Shown here in pieces: positions 9,459 to 17,596 of a stretch of DNA of 64,000 bases. Under the pieces are notes generated by a model. It saw only the letters and a program-made list of their open reading frames with translations. It had not been told where the DNA came from and did not search any database. The position numbers were made by a program, and so were the translations under genes. How positions within the stretch are numbered: position 1 is the stretch's first letter; every line of letters starts with the position of its first letter. The stretch lies in contig CANQDQ010000004.1 in NCBI GenBank assembly GCA_947593515.1, positions 71,254 through 135,253 of the forward strand, given 5' to 3'. This DNA is from an uncultured Bacteroidales bacterium. GTDB taxonomy: Bacteria > Bacteroidota > Bacteroidia > Bacteroidales > UBA11471.

Positions 9459-10387
9459 TGCGATATACTCCTCCTTCTCGCAAAGAATCGACGGTGATGC
9501 TGCTCGTGGCGGCAGTGTCGCTTGCCCTTACCGGCATATTCATCGGATTGCGCCCCGAACATATTTTCCTTTGGTCGCTTTTCTGCATACTCTTTTTTGC
9601 TTCGACTTACACTCGCAAGCTGATTGTCGCCCTGCTGCCGTTTGTCCTTTTTGCCATATCGTACGACTGGATGCGGGTCTATCCCAATTATCGGGTGAAC
9701 GCTATCGACGTTGCAGGTCTTTACGGGGCTGAGTTGCAAGTGTTCGGCGTTACTGTCGAGGGTGTGCGAATGACCCTTTGCGAATATTTCGCGCAGCACC
9801 ATTGCGCCGTGCTCGATTTCATGGCAGGAATTTTTTATCTCTGCTGGGTGCCGGTGCCGGTGCTTTTCGGCGTGATGCTTTATGTGCAAGGGCGCCGCGA
9901 ACTGGCGTTGCGTTTTGCTCTGACTTTTCTGCTGGTCAATCTCATCGGCTTTGCCGGCTATTACATTCACCCTGCCGCCCCGCCGTGGTATGTCATGGAG
10001 TACGGATTCGAGCCGCTGCTTGGTACACCCGGCAATGTGGCGGGACTCGGTCGTTTCGATGCGATGTTGGGAATCGATGTGTTTTCTCCTATGTATGGTC
10101 GTAACGCCAATGTGTTCGCCGCCTTTCCTTCGCTGCATTCCGCCTATATGCTGGTGGCATTTTTCTATGCTCTTGCAGGTCGCTGTCGCAAATGGCTTGT
10201 CGCTCTGTTTGCTTTTATCATGGTCGGAATATGGTTTACGGCAGTCTATTCGGGACACCATTATATGATAGATGTATTGGGTGGAATCGTATGTGCTGCC
10301 GTCGGAATCCTGCTCTTTGAACAAGGGCTGATGCGCATTCCCGCTTTTCGCCGTTTCTTTGCCCGTTACGTCGCTTACGTGTCGTAA
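9458..10387 (+). CDS. PAP2-superfamily membrane protein, inositol-phosphorylceramide-synthase-like
   Basis: The start ATG overlaps the upstream TAA by 1 nt (TAATG). PAP2 C2/C3-like motifs FPSLHSAY and SGHHYMIDVLGG resemble the sphingomyelin/IPC-synthase HYxxDV block. Confidence 0.7.
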   Translation: MRYTPPSRKESTVMLLVAAVSLALTGIFIGLRPEHIFLWSLFCILFFASTYTRKLIVALLPFVLFAISYDWMRVYPNYRVNAIDVAGLYGAELQVFGVTVEGVRMTLCEYFAQHHCAVLDFMAGIFYLCWVPVPVLFGVMLYVQGRRELALRFALTFLLVNLIGFAGYYIHPAAPPWYVMEYGFEPLLGTPGNVAGLGRFDAMLGIDVFSPMYGRNANVFAAFPSLHSAYMLVAFFYALAGRCRKWLVALFAFIMVGIWFTAVYSGHHYMIDVLGGIVCAAVGILLFEQGLMRIPAFRRFFARYVAYVS

Positions 10388-10406
10388 TCGTTGGCGGATA
10401 AAATAA

Positions 10407-10444
10407 AACAGGGTCGGCAAAATTTTTTGCCGACCCTGTTTTGC
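10407..10444. terminator. Bidirectional rho-independent terminator
   Basis: Perfect 16-bp arms aacagggtcggcaaaa / ttttgccgaccctgtt, flanked by A- and T-runs, between convergent genes. Confidence 0.8.
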
Positions 10445-10457
10445 ATATAGGAACGAA

Positions 10458-11468
10458 TTATTTGTTCAGTGCGGTAGCCACATCGACGGCACAGGCCACG
10501 GTGCAACCCACCATCGGGTTGTTGCCGATGCCGAGAAATCCCATCATCTCTACGTGAGCGGGAACGGAGGACGAACCGGCAAACTGGGCGTCGCTGTGCA
10601 TACGTCCCATCGTGTCGGTCATACCGTAGGACGCGGGACCGGCAGCCATGTTGTCGGGGTGCAGGGTACGACCCGTACCGCCGCCCGAAGCAACGGAGAA
10701 ATAGGGCTTGCCGGCGAGAATACGCTCTTTCTTGTACGTACCGGCTACGGGGTGCTGGAAGCGGGTGGGGTTGGTGGAGTTGCCCGTAATGGAAACTTCC
10801 ACGCCTTCGTGCCACATGATGGCGACACCTTCGCGCACGTCGTCGGCGCCATAGCATTTTACTTTGGCGCGCGGTCCGTCGGAGTAAGCGATTTCACGAA
10901 CGATTTTGAGTTCGCCCGTATAGTAGTCGAATTGCGTCTGTACGTAGGTGAAGCCGTTGATGCGCGAAATGATTTGGGCAGCATCTTTTCCTAAACCGTT
11001 CAAGATGCAGCGCAACGGTTCTTTGCGCACCTTGTCGGCTTTGGCGGCGATTTTTATGGCGCCTTCGGCAGCGGCGAACGATTCGTGTCCGGCGAGGAAA
11101 GCGAAGCATTTCGTTTCTTCGCGGAGCAGACGAGCGGCGAGGTTGCCGTGTCCCAGTCCCACTTTGCGGTCGTCGGCTACCGAGCCGGGTATGCAGAATG
11201 CCTGCAAGCCGATACCGATGGCTTCGGCAGCATCGGAGGCGTTTTTGCAGCCTTTTTTCAGGGCAATGGCAGAGCCTACCACGTAAGCCCATTTGGCATT
11301 TTCGAAACAGATAGGCTGCGTATCTTCACACGTTTTGTAAGGGTCGAGACCGTAGCTGTCGCAGATGGCGTTGGCTTCTTCAATATCTTTGATGCCGTTG
11401 GCGTTCAGCGCAGCGATGATTTGTTTGATACGGCGATCTTGGCTTTCAAATTTCACTTCTCTTATCAT
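10458..11468 (-). CDS. GGGtGRT-family protein (uncharacterised conserved family)
   Basis: 336 aa. The eponymous motif SVASGGGTGRTLHPDN is at residues 262-268 (DNA about 10665-10685). Confidence 0.85.
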   Translation of the reverse strand: MIREVKFESQDRRIKQIIAALNANGIKDIEEANAICDSYGLDPYKTCEDTQPICFENAKWAYVVGSAIALKKGCKNASDAAEAIGIGLQAFCIPGSVADDRKVGLGHGNLAARLLREETKCFAFLAGHESFAAAEGAIKIAAKADKVRKEPLRCILNGLGKDAAQIISRINGFTYVQTQFDYYTGELKIVREIAYSDGPRAKVKCYGADDVREGVAIMWHEGVEVSITGNSTNPTRFQHPVAGTYKKERILAGKPYFSVASGGGTGRTLHPDNMAAGPASYGMTDTMGRMHSDAQFAGSSSVPAHVEMMGFLGIGNNPMVGCTVACAVDVATALNK

Positions 11469-11480
11469 AGTCTGTCCTCC

Positions 11481-12182
11481 TTATTCTTTGCGTGGGTCAA
11501 TGTATTTAACGGCTCCCGCCTCTTTCGTAAAGCGACCATAAGTGCCGGTAACTTTTTTCAGGGCTTCGTTGGCATCGGTGCCTTTCTTGATTTCTTCCAT
11601 GAATTTTCCCAGATGTACGAATTCATACCCGCACACTTCGTCGTTTTTGTCGAGGGCGAGGGTTTTGATGTAGCCTTCCGCCATTTCGAGGTAGCGCGTG
11701 CCTTTGGCGAGCGTGCCGTAGAGCGTGCCCACTTGGCTGCGGAGCCCCTTGCCGAGGTCTTCGAGACCGGCGCCTATCATCAGACCTCCTTCGGAGAATG
11801 CCGACTGCGTGCGACCGTAAACGATTTGCAGGAAGAGTTCGCGCATGGCGGTATTGATGGCGTCGCATACGAGGTCGGTGTTCAACGCTTCGAGCAGTGT
11901 TTTGCCCGGCAGTATTTCCGATGCCATGGCGGCGGAGTGGGTCATACCCGAGCAGCCGATGGTTTCTACCAGCGCCTCTTGTATGATACCGTCTTTTACG
12001 TTGAGCGTCAGTTTGCACGCGCCCTGTTGGGGAGCGCACCAGCCGATACCGTGCGTCAAGCCCGAAATGTCGATAATCTCTTTGGCTTTCACCCACTTGC
12101 CCTCTTGGGGGATAGGAGCGGGACCATGGTTGGGTCCTTTCTTTACAACACACATGTGTTCTACTTCGTGTGAATAGATCAT
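11481..12182 (-). CDS. NifU/IscU-N-terminal-like protein (putative Fe-S scaffold-like), partner of the GGGtGRT gene
   Basis: 233 aa, 12 nt upstream of the GGGtGRT gene. IscU-like core GIGWCAPQQGACKLTLNVKDGIIQEALVETIGCSGMTHSAAMASE. Confidence 0.7.
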   Translation of the reverse strand: MIYSHEVEHMCVVKKGPNHGPAPIPQEGKWVKAKEIIDISGLTHGIGWCAPQQGACKLTLNVKDGIIQEALVETIGCSGMTHSAAMASEILPGKTLLEALNTDLVCDAINTAMRELFLQIVYGRTQSAFSEGGLMIGAGLEDLGKGLRSQVGTLYGTLAKGTRYLEMAEGYIKTLALDKNDEVCGYEFVHLGKFMEEIKKGTDANEALKKVTGTYGRFTKEAGAVKYIDPRKE

Positions 12183-12279
12183 AATGCTCTTTGTTTTAGT
12201 TGGGAATATAATGTGTCTGAATTTTATAACCTTTTACCTTTTTACGAAATGCAGCGACATTTTTTTCTCGCACGCGTTG

Positions 12280-12287
12280 CAAAGGTA
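12280..12287 (-). promoter_or_regulatory. -7 box TAccTTTG for the NifU-like/GGGtGRT pair
   Basis: Plus-strand caaaggta is minus-strand TACCTTTG, about 98 nt upstream of the ATG at 12182. This implies a long leader. Confidence 0.4.
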
Positions 12288-12460
12288 CGTTTTTTTTGCA
12301 TTCGGGCAATAAACTTGTTCGGCTAAAAATATTTTTCTTAATTCTTTTTTTGTAAAAACGCCGCGTAATATTTGGTTATCCGTAAAAATTTTTTCATTTT
12401 TGTATGAAGTTTCTCCAAGAAAGACGAAACAACACGTTTTTAACCAAAATATAAAGACCC

Positions 12461-14104
12461 ATGAAAAAAAGCGCTTTGCAGCTCGCGCGGGCTGCCTATC
12501 AACCCAAGTTGCCGAAATCCCTGCGTGGGGACGTTTGCCTCAAAGAAGGCGCAGCCACGCAATCGGTTGCCGACAGAGAGGAGATAAAAAAACTTTTCCC
12601 GAACACGTACGGTATGCCGGTACTCTCGTTCGAGGCTTCCAAAAAGGTTCGCATCTATCCGGCTATCAACGTCGGCGTTATTCTTTCGGGCGGACAAGCG
12701 CCCGGCGGACACAACGTCATCGCCGGTCTTTTCGACGGATTGAAACGCATGAATCACGACAGCCGCCTTTTCGGATTTCTCTTGGGGCCGGGCGGATTGG
12801 TCGATCACAACTATATGGAGCTTACGCCCGACATCATCGACGACTACCGCAATACGGGCGGATTCGACATCATCGGCTCCGGTCGTACCAAACTCGAAAA
12901 GAAAGAACAATTCGACAAAGGTCTTGAAATTCTGAAAAAACTCGACATCAAGGCGCTGGTCATCATCGGCGGCGACGACTCCAACACCAATGCCTGCGTA
13001 TTGGCGGAGTATTACAAGCAGATAAATGCCGGCGTGCAGGTAATCGGCTGTCCGAAAACCATCGACGGCGACTTGAAAAACGAAATGATAGAGTGTTCGT
13101 TCGGTTTCGATACCGCTTGCAAAGTCTACTCCGAAGTCATCGGCAACATCGAGCGCGACTGCAATTCGGCAAAAAAATACTGGCACTTCATCAAACTCAT
13201 GGGGCGCTCGGCTTCGCACATCGCTTTGGAATGCGCCTTGCAGACGCAGCCTAACGTCTGCCTCATTTCCGAAGAGGTGGCAGCCAAACAGCAGACGCTC
13301 GACGACATCGTGAATTACATCGCCGGCATCGTGGCTGCTCGTGCCGCCGACGGCAACAATTTCGGTACGGTGCTCATTCCCGAAGGCTTGATAGAGTTCA
13401 TTCCCGCCATGAAGAAACTGATTGCCGAGCTGAACGATTTTCTTGCCGCCAACGGCGACGCCTTTGCTGCTGTCGAGCGCTCGCAGCAAATCAAATACAT
13501 CGTCGAGCATCTCTCGCCCGAGAATGCCGCCATTTATTCTTCGCTACCCGAAACGGTGGCTCGCCAGCTGACGCTCGACCGCGACCCGCACGGAAACGTA
13601 CAGGTATCGCTCATCGAGACCGAAAAACTTTTGGCTGAAATGGTCGGTCGCCGTCTGGCTGCGATGAAAGCCGAAGGAAAATACGTCGGCAAATTCTCGC
13701 CGCAAACCCACTTCTTCGGTTACGAGGGTCGCTGCGCCGCTCCCTCCAACTTCGACGCCGACTACTGCTATTCGCTCGGTTACACGGCAGCTCTGCTCAT
13801 TGGCGAAGGCAAAACGGGTTATATGTCGTCGATACGCTGCACTACCCGTCCCGCCGCAGAGTGGATTGCCGGCGGCGTGCCCGTTACCATGATGATGAAC
13901 ATGGAGCGCCGGCATGGCGAAATGAAACCCGTGATACAAAAGGCGCTGGTCGAACTCGACGGCGTGCCGTTCAAATATTTTGCTGCCCACCGCGAACGCT
14001 GGGCGCGCGAAACCTCTTTCATATATCCGGGTCCTATTCAATACTTCGGACCGTCGGAGGTGTGCGACCGCACTACCGAAACCCTGCGTCTCGAACACGA
14101 ATAA
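12461..14104 (+). CDS. pfp: Diphosphate--fructose-6-phosphate 1-phosphotransferase (PPi-dependent PFK)
   Basis: 547 aa. [11 protein letters not shown] (Asp in the GGDxS motif is typical of PPi-PFK) and PKTIDGDLK. Confidence 0.9.
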   Translation: MKKSALQLARAAYQPKLPKSLRGDVCLKEGAATQSVADREEIKKLFPNTYGMPVLSFEASKKVRIYPAINVGVILSGGQAPGGHNVIAGLFDGLKRMNHDSRLFGFLLGPGGLVDHNYMELTPDIIDDYRNTGGFDIIGSGRTKLEKKEQFDKGLEILKKLDIKALVIIGGDDSNTNACVLAEYYKQINAGVQVIGCPKTIDGDLKNEMIECSFGFDTACKVYSEVIGNIERDCNSAKKYWHFIKLMGRSASHIALECALQTQPNVCLISEEVAAKQQTLDDIVNYIAGIVAARAADGNNFGTVLIPEGLIEFIPAMKKLIAELNDFLAANGDAFAAVERSQQIKYIVEHLSPENAAIYSSLPETVARQLTLDRDPHGNVQVSLIETEKLLAEMVGRRLAAMKAEGKYVGKFSPQTHFFGYEGRCAAPSNFDADYCYSLGYTAALLIGEGKTGYMSSIRCTTRPAAEWIAGGVPVTMMMNMERRHGEMKPVIQKALVELDGVPFKYFAAHRERWARETSFIYPGPIQYFGPSEVCDRTTETLRLEHE

Positions 14105-14123
14105 AATCGAAGACGATAAGCGC

Positions 14124-14162
14124 GAGAGGCGCGCCCTGTGAAGGGCGCGCCTCTCTTTTTAT
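14124..14162. terminator. Bidirectional rho-independent terminator
   Basis: 14-bp GC-rich arms gagaggcgcgccct / agggcgcgcctctc, loop gtga, then a T-run. Lies between convergent pfp and dacB. Confidence 0.85.
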
Positions 14163-14178
14163 TCTTTCGCGCTTGTTT

Positions 14179-15660
14179 TCAAGGCAGTTCGTCGAGAAGT
14201 GTTTTCAGGAAATGCTCGATGTTTTTCTGCACCTGCTTCCGTTTTTCCGTGTAGTTGTTTACCATGATGGCGAGGGCGTAGGTACATTCGTCGGCGGTGT
14301 AGTAGCCGACGTAGCAGAGCACGCCCGATATGCTGCCGCTTTTGAGCCGCAGGTTGCGCGCCTTCGGCAGACGGACGGCGAAATTGTAGAGCGTGCCTTC
14401 GCCCGGGTGTGGCAGGGCGTGCATGAATGCCGTGCCGATGCGCGGATCGCGGGCGGTGTAGGCGAGTGCCTGCGCCATCATTTGCGGCGTGATGCGGTTG
14501 AGCGGCGAGAGTCCGGAGCCGTCGTACAGGGCGGCTTTATCCACGTCGAACGCTTTGCGCCAGACCTCCCGCATACGTTCAAGACCGTTTGCGAGCGTCG
14601 CCGTTGTGTCGATTTGTCGTCCGATGTCCCGCAAAAAAGTTTCCGCAAACAGGTTGTCGCTCATTTCCAACGTGTGGGCAACGAGTGCAATCAACGGCGC
14701 CGACCGGTGTACATACACGTCGGTGGCGGTGCTGTCGGGCGCGGGGAGGGGCGTGCCGTTTTCGTGCAGCAGCCGTGCCGTCGTAGGCTCACCGTCGATA
14801 TTCACGCCCGATTTACGCAGCGTGTCGGTAAGCAGTTGCGCCAGATACATGGGCGGGTCGGGCATATCGCCCCGAATGGCGAAGGGATAGCGGTTGGCGG
14901 GCAGCGACCCGTAGATGCGCCGCGTGTAGTCGTAAGGTGCGCCGAAGAAATAGGCTTCGTCTTTTCCTCTCTCGTTGGTCGTGAGGTAGGGGTAAAGCCG
15001 CAATCCCACTATTTCGGGCGTGATGCCCAACAGCTGCGGACGGGTGCCCACAGCACCCGTGCGGAAAATGGCGCGGAAAAGGTTGTCCCCGTAATTGATG
15101 CCGTAGCAGCCGGCGGCATAGTAATTGCCGACGTCCTCCCACGTCCATTGCGGCGAAAGCGGTTCGGGCAGAAATGCCGAATCGTCGGCGATGATTCGTC
15201 CCGACACCGAACGTATGCCCGCGTGCCGAATCGCCTGTACCGCCTTCCGCAGGAACGTGCCCGACGGCATATAGCCGTAATCCGAGCCGAGCGACGGGTC
15301 GCCTTCTCCGCGTATGACGAGGTCGCCGTCGAGTTGTCCGCTGCCGTCGATTTCACCGCTATAATATACGCGTGTCAGGAAGCGGTAGTCCATCGGTCGG
15401 CAAAACAGTGCGGCGGCGGTAGTCAAAACCTTTTGGGTGGAAGCCGGCGTAAAAAAGTCGTCGCTCCGGTATGCCGCGACCACGTCACCGCTCTCTACTT
15501 CGACTACGCACAATCCGGCGACAGAACCTTCGCCGCCGAGGTTGGCGAGCACGGAATCTCTTTCTGTTGTTTCTCCGGCGGCGGGCTGCCACGACGACAC
15601 GGCGCATATCGCCGCCAATGCATACGCCCGCACACGACCGGAATATCTCCTCTTTTTCAT
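14179..15660 (-). CDS. dacB: D-alanyl-D-alanine carboxypeptidase/endopeptidase (PBP4, peptidase S13)
   Basis: Start trimmed to the ATG at 15660 (MKKRRYSGRVRAYALAAI). The tracked ORF runs on to 16212, over the opposite-strand transporter gene. SxxK = ASTQK, SxN = SDN, KTG-like = KSGS. Confidence 0.88.
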   Translation of the reverse strand: MKKRRYSGRVRAYALAAICAVSSWQPAAGETTERDSVLANLGGEGSVAGLCVVEVESGDVVAAYRSDDFFTPASTQKVLTTAAALFCRPMDYRFLTRVYYSGEIDGSGQLDGDLVIRGEGDPSLGSDYGYMPSGTFLRKAVQAIRHAGIRSVSGRIIADDSAFLPEPLSPQWTWEDVGNYYAAGCYGINYGDNLFRAIFRTGAVGTRPQLLGITPEIVGLRLYPYLTTNERGKDEAYFFGAPYDYTRRIYGSLPANRYPFAIRGDMPDPPMYLAQLLTDTLRKSGVNIDGEPTTARLLHENGTPLPAPDSTATDVYVHRSAPLIALVAHTLEMSDNLFAETFLRDIGRQIDTTATLANGLERMREVWRKAFDVDKAALYDGSGLSPLNRITPQMMAQALAYTARDPRIGTAFMHALPHPGEGTLYNFAVRLPKARNLRLKSGSISGVLCYVGYYTADECTYALAIMVNNYTEKRKQVQKNIEHFLKTLLDELP

Positions 15661-15727
15661 GCCCGCAAAATTACAAAACATCATTGAAAATTTTACCTTG
15701 ACAATGAAATTCCTAACGACTTTTTTG

Positions 15728-15735
15728 TACATTTG
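15728..15735 (+). promoter_or_regulatory. -7 box TAcaTTTG
   Basis: Exact TAnnTTTG match 22 nt upstream of the ATG at 15757. Confidence 0.5.
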
Positions 15736-15756
15736 TCCGAAACAGACTGAATCGTT

Positions 15757-16899
15757 ATGAAATCTGCTCGCAAACCCTTTACTTTCGACCGCGTGGTGCG
15801 CATACTTTTTTCTGTCGCCATCGTTGTCGTCGTACTCTATTTCGTCAATTTGCTCAAAGGCGCGTTGCTGCCTTTCCTCATTGCGTGGCTGCTGGCATAT
15901 ATGATAAACCCCTTCGTCGAGTTCATACAGTACCGCTGTAAAGTAAAAGTGCGCATACTTTCCATATTCGTCGCCCTTTTGACGTTGGTGGCGTTTCTGT
16001 GGCTTGTCGTCTGGATTATCACGCCCGGCATTGTCGAAGAAGCCGGAAAGATGCGTACCATGATCGACGACTATCTGGCGCGCGAAAACTCCACCATACC
16101 CTTTGTTCCCGAAAGCTGGCACCTCTATCTGAAAGAAAAAATCGACTTCGCCAAAATTTCCGAAGCCATGAATCCCGAAGACTGGCGGATGCTTATCGAG
16201 CGTTTCCTGCAACAGCTTTGGGCTATCTTCACCGGCTCAGTCAATCAGATACTCAGTATCATAGGTTGGTTTATCATCTTCCTGTACCTTATATTCATAC
16301 TCTTGGATTACGACAAAATACTTGCCGGATTCAAAGCCTTGATACCCGACCGTTACCGCGACAAAACCCTTAGCGTGTTCAACGACGTAAAAGACAGCAT
16401 GAACCGCTATTTTCGCGGACAGGCGCTCGTGGCGTTCATTGTCGGCATACTGTTCTGCATCGGCTTTTCCATTGTCGGGCTGCCGTTGGCGATACTCTTG
16501 GGCTTGTTCATCGGTTTGCTCAACATGGTGCCCTATTTGCAAATAGTCGGCTTCCTGCCCACGTTCCTCCTCTGTCTGCTCAAATCGGTGGAAACGGGCG
16601 AGAGCTTCGGCTGGCTGCTCTTGGCTTGCGCCATTGTGTTCATCGTCGTGCAGGTCATACAAGACATGATACTCGTGCCCCGCATCATGGGGCGCGCCAT
16701 GGGCTTGAACCCCGCCATCATTCTGCTCTCCCTCTCGATATGGGGCACCCTGCTTGGACTGCTCGGCATGATTATTGCCCTGCCGCTCACCACCCTGCTG
16801 CAATCCTATTACGAACGCTATATATTGCAAAAAGAGAATCTTGAAGCGAAAAAAGAACTTGCCGACGCCGAATCGGAAACCCCGTCCGAAGAAAAGTAA
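15757..16899 (+). CDS. AI-2E family transporter (PerM/UPF0118)
   Basis: 380 aa, multi-pass. Family-typical NRYFRGQALVAFIVGI ... LNMVPYLQ ... VPRIMG blocks. Confidence 0.8.
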   Translation: MKSARKPFTFDRVVRILFSVAIVVVVLYFVNLLKGALLPFLIAWLLAYMINPFVEFIQYRCKVKVRILSIFVALLTLVAFLWLVVWIITPGIVEEAGKMRTMIDDYLARENSTIPFVPESWHLYLKEKIDFAKISEAMNPEDWRMLIERFLQQLWAIFTGSVNQILSIIGWFIIFLYLIFILLDYDKILAGFKALIPDRYRDKTLSVFNDVKDSMNRYFRGQALVAFIVGILFCIGFSIVGLPLAILLGLFIGLLNMVPYLQIVGFLPTFLLCLLKSVETGESFGWLLLACAIVFIVVQVIQDMILVPRIMGRAMGLNPAIILLSLSIWGTLLGLLGMIIALPLTTLLQSYYERYILQKENLEAKKELADAESETPSEEK

Positions 16900-16955
16900 T
16901 ATTTTTTAACATATAAAAAGGCGGTGAAACTGTTGGTCGGTACAAAAATAAAGCG

Positions 16956-16963
16956 TACCTTTG
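16956..16963 (+). promoter_or_regulatory. -7 box TAccTTTG for tRNA-Lys
   Basis: Exact match about 41 nt upstream of the mature tRNA 5' end. Confidence 0.5.
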
Positions 16964-17003
16964 CCACGCATTTGGAAAAAACGCTTCCCGATGCCCCCAT
17001 GAT

Positions 17004-17079
17004 GATTCGCTAGCTCAGCTGGTAGAGCACAACACTTTTAATGTTGGGGTCCTGGGTTCGAGCCCCAGGCGGATCACCA
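17004..17079 (+). tRNA. tRNA-Lys (anticodon TTT)
   Basis: Hand-folded cloverleaf. Acceptor GATTCGC/GCGGATC, D-arm GCTC-AGCTGGTA-GAGC, anticodon arm CAACA-CTTTTAA-TGTTG, T-arm CTGGG-TTCGAGC-CCCAG. CCA is encoded. Confidence 0.93.
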
Positions 17080-17081
17080 AA

Positions 17082-17118
17082 ACAGGCTGCCAATCCGGAA
17101 TTGGCAGCCTGTTTTTTT
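17082..17118 (+). terminator. Rho-independent terminator after tRNA-Lys
   Basis: 13-bp arms acaggctgccaat / attggcagcctgt, a 5-nt loop, then TTTTTT. Confidence 0.85.
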
Positions 17119-17164
17119 CTGAAATGACCGTCGGGCGGGAAGTTCCGTTCTTTTGGAGGAGGAA

Positions 17165-17203
17165 TAAAAAAGGTCGCCGCATAATCATCGATTACGCGGC
17201 GAC
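17165..17203 (-). terminator. Rho-independent terminator after tRNA-Asp
   Basis: Arms gtcgccgc (17173-17180) and gcggcgac (17196-17203). The plus-strand A-run at 17165-17171 gives a T-run on the minus strand. Confidence 0.6.
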
Positions 17204-17209
17204 TCTGTT

Positions 17210-17286
17210 TGGCGGTGCGGACGGGACTCGAACCCGCGACCCCATGCGTGACAGGCATGTATTCTAACCAGCTGAACTACCGCACC
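17210..17286 (-). tRNA. tRNA-Asp (anticodon GTC)
   Basis: The reverse complement is GGTGCGGTAGTTCAGCTGGTTAGAATACATGCCTGTCACGCATGGGGTCGCGGGTTCGAGTCCCGTCCGCACCGCCA. The anticodon loop CTGTCAC gives GTC. CCA is encoded. Confidence 0.93.
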
Positions 17287-17327
17287 TTCGGGTCTGCAAC
17301 TCATATTTCTCTTCCGAATTGCGGTTG

Positions 17328-17335
17328 CAAAGATA
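17328..17335 (-). promoter_or_regulatory. -7 box TAtcTTTG for tRNA-Asp
   Basis: Plus-strand caaagata, 42 nt upstream of the tRNA 5' end. Confidence 0.5.
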
Positions 17336-17490
17336 AACGATATTTTTGTTTTGTACAATAAATAGCTTACTTTTTTCGATAGAAAAAACAATCGTATAAA
17401 ATCCTTGTGGCGTATCGCCTCTGTACCAATGCTTCTGCTTGCCGCGTCAGGGCGGGGTACGAAAAATTCAGCCATGCTGCGGGTCGGTGC

Positions 17491-17530
17491 AAAAAAATAC
17501 CGCCCTGCCATGCGAATGGTAGGGCGGCGT
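17491..17530 (-). terminator. Rho-independent terminator of the giant LRR gene
   Basis: Arms gccctgccat / atggtagggc (one G-U pair), loop gcga. The plus-strand A7 run becomes a T-run on the minus strand. Confidence 0.7.
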
Positions 17531-17596
17531 GTCAAAGATCATCTATTCAGGAAATTCTCTTTTCATTCTATGCTCTTTTGCAGCAACATCGTTTTG

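Noticed and set aside
13861-15687. 608-aa plus-strand ORF overlapping pfp and dacB
   Set aside because: It is antisense to dacB, whose SxxK/SxN/KSG motifs are clear, and its composition is Arg/Ala/Gly-rich. It is a GC artefact.
15661-16212. Upstream 184-codon extension of the dacB ORF
   Set aside because: The extension overlaps the opposite-strand AI-2E transporter gene and its promoter. A signal-peptide-like start (MKKRRYSG...) exists at the ATG at 15660.
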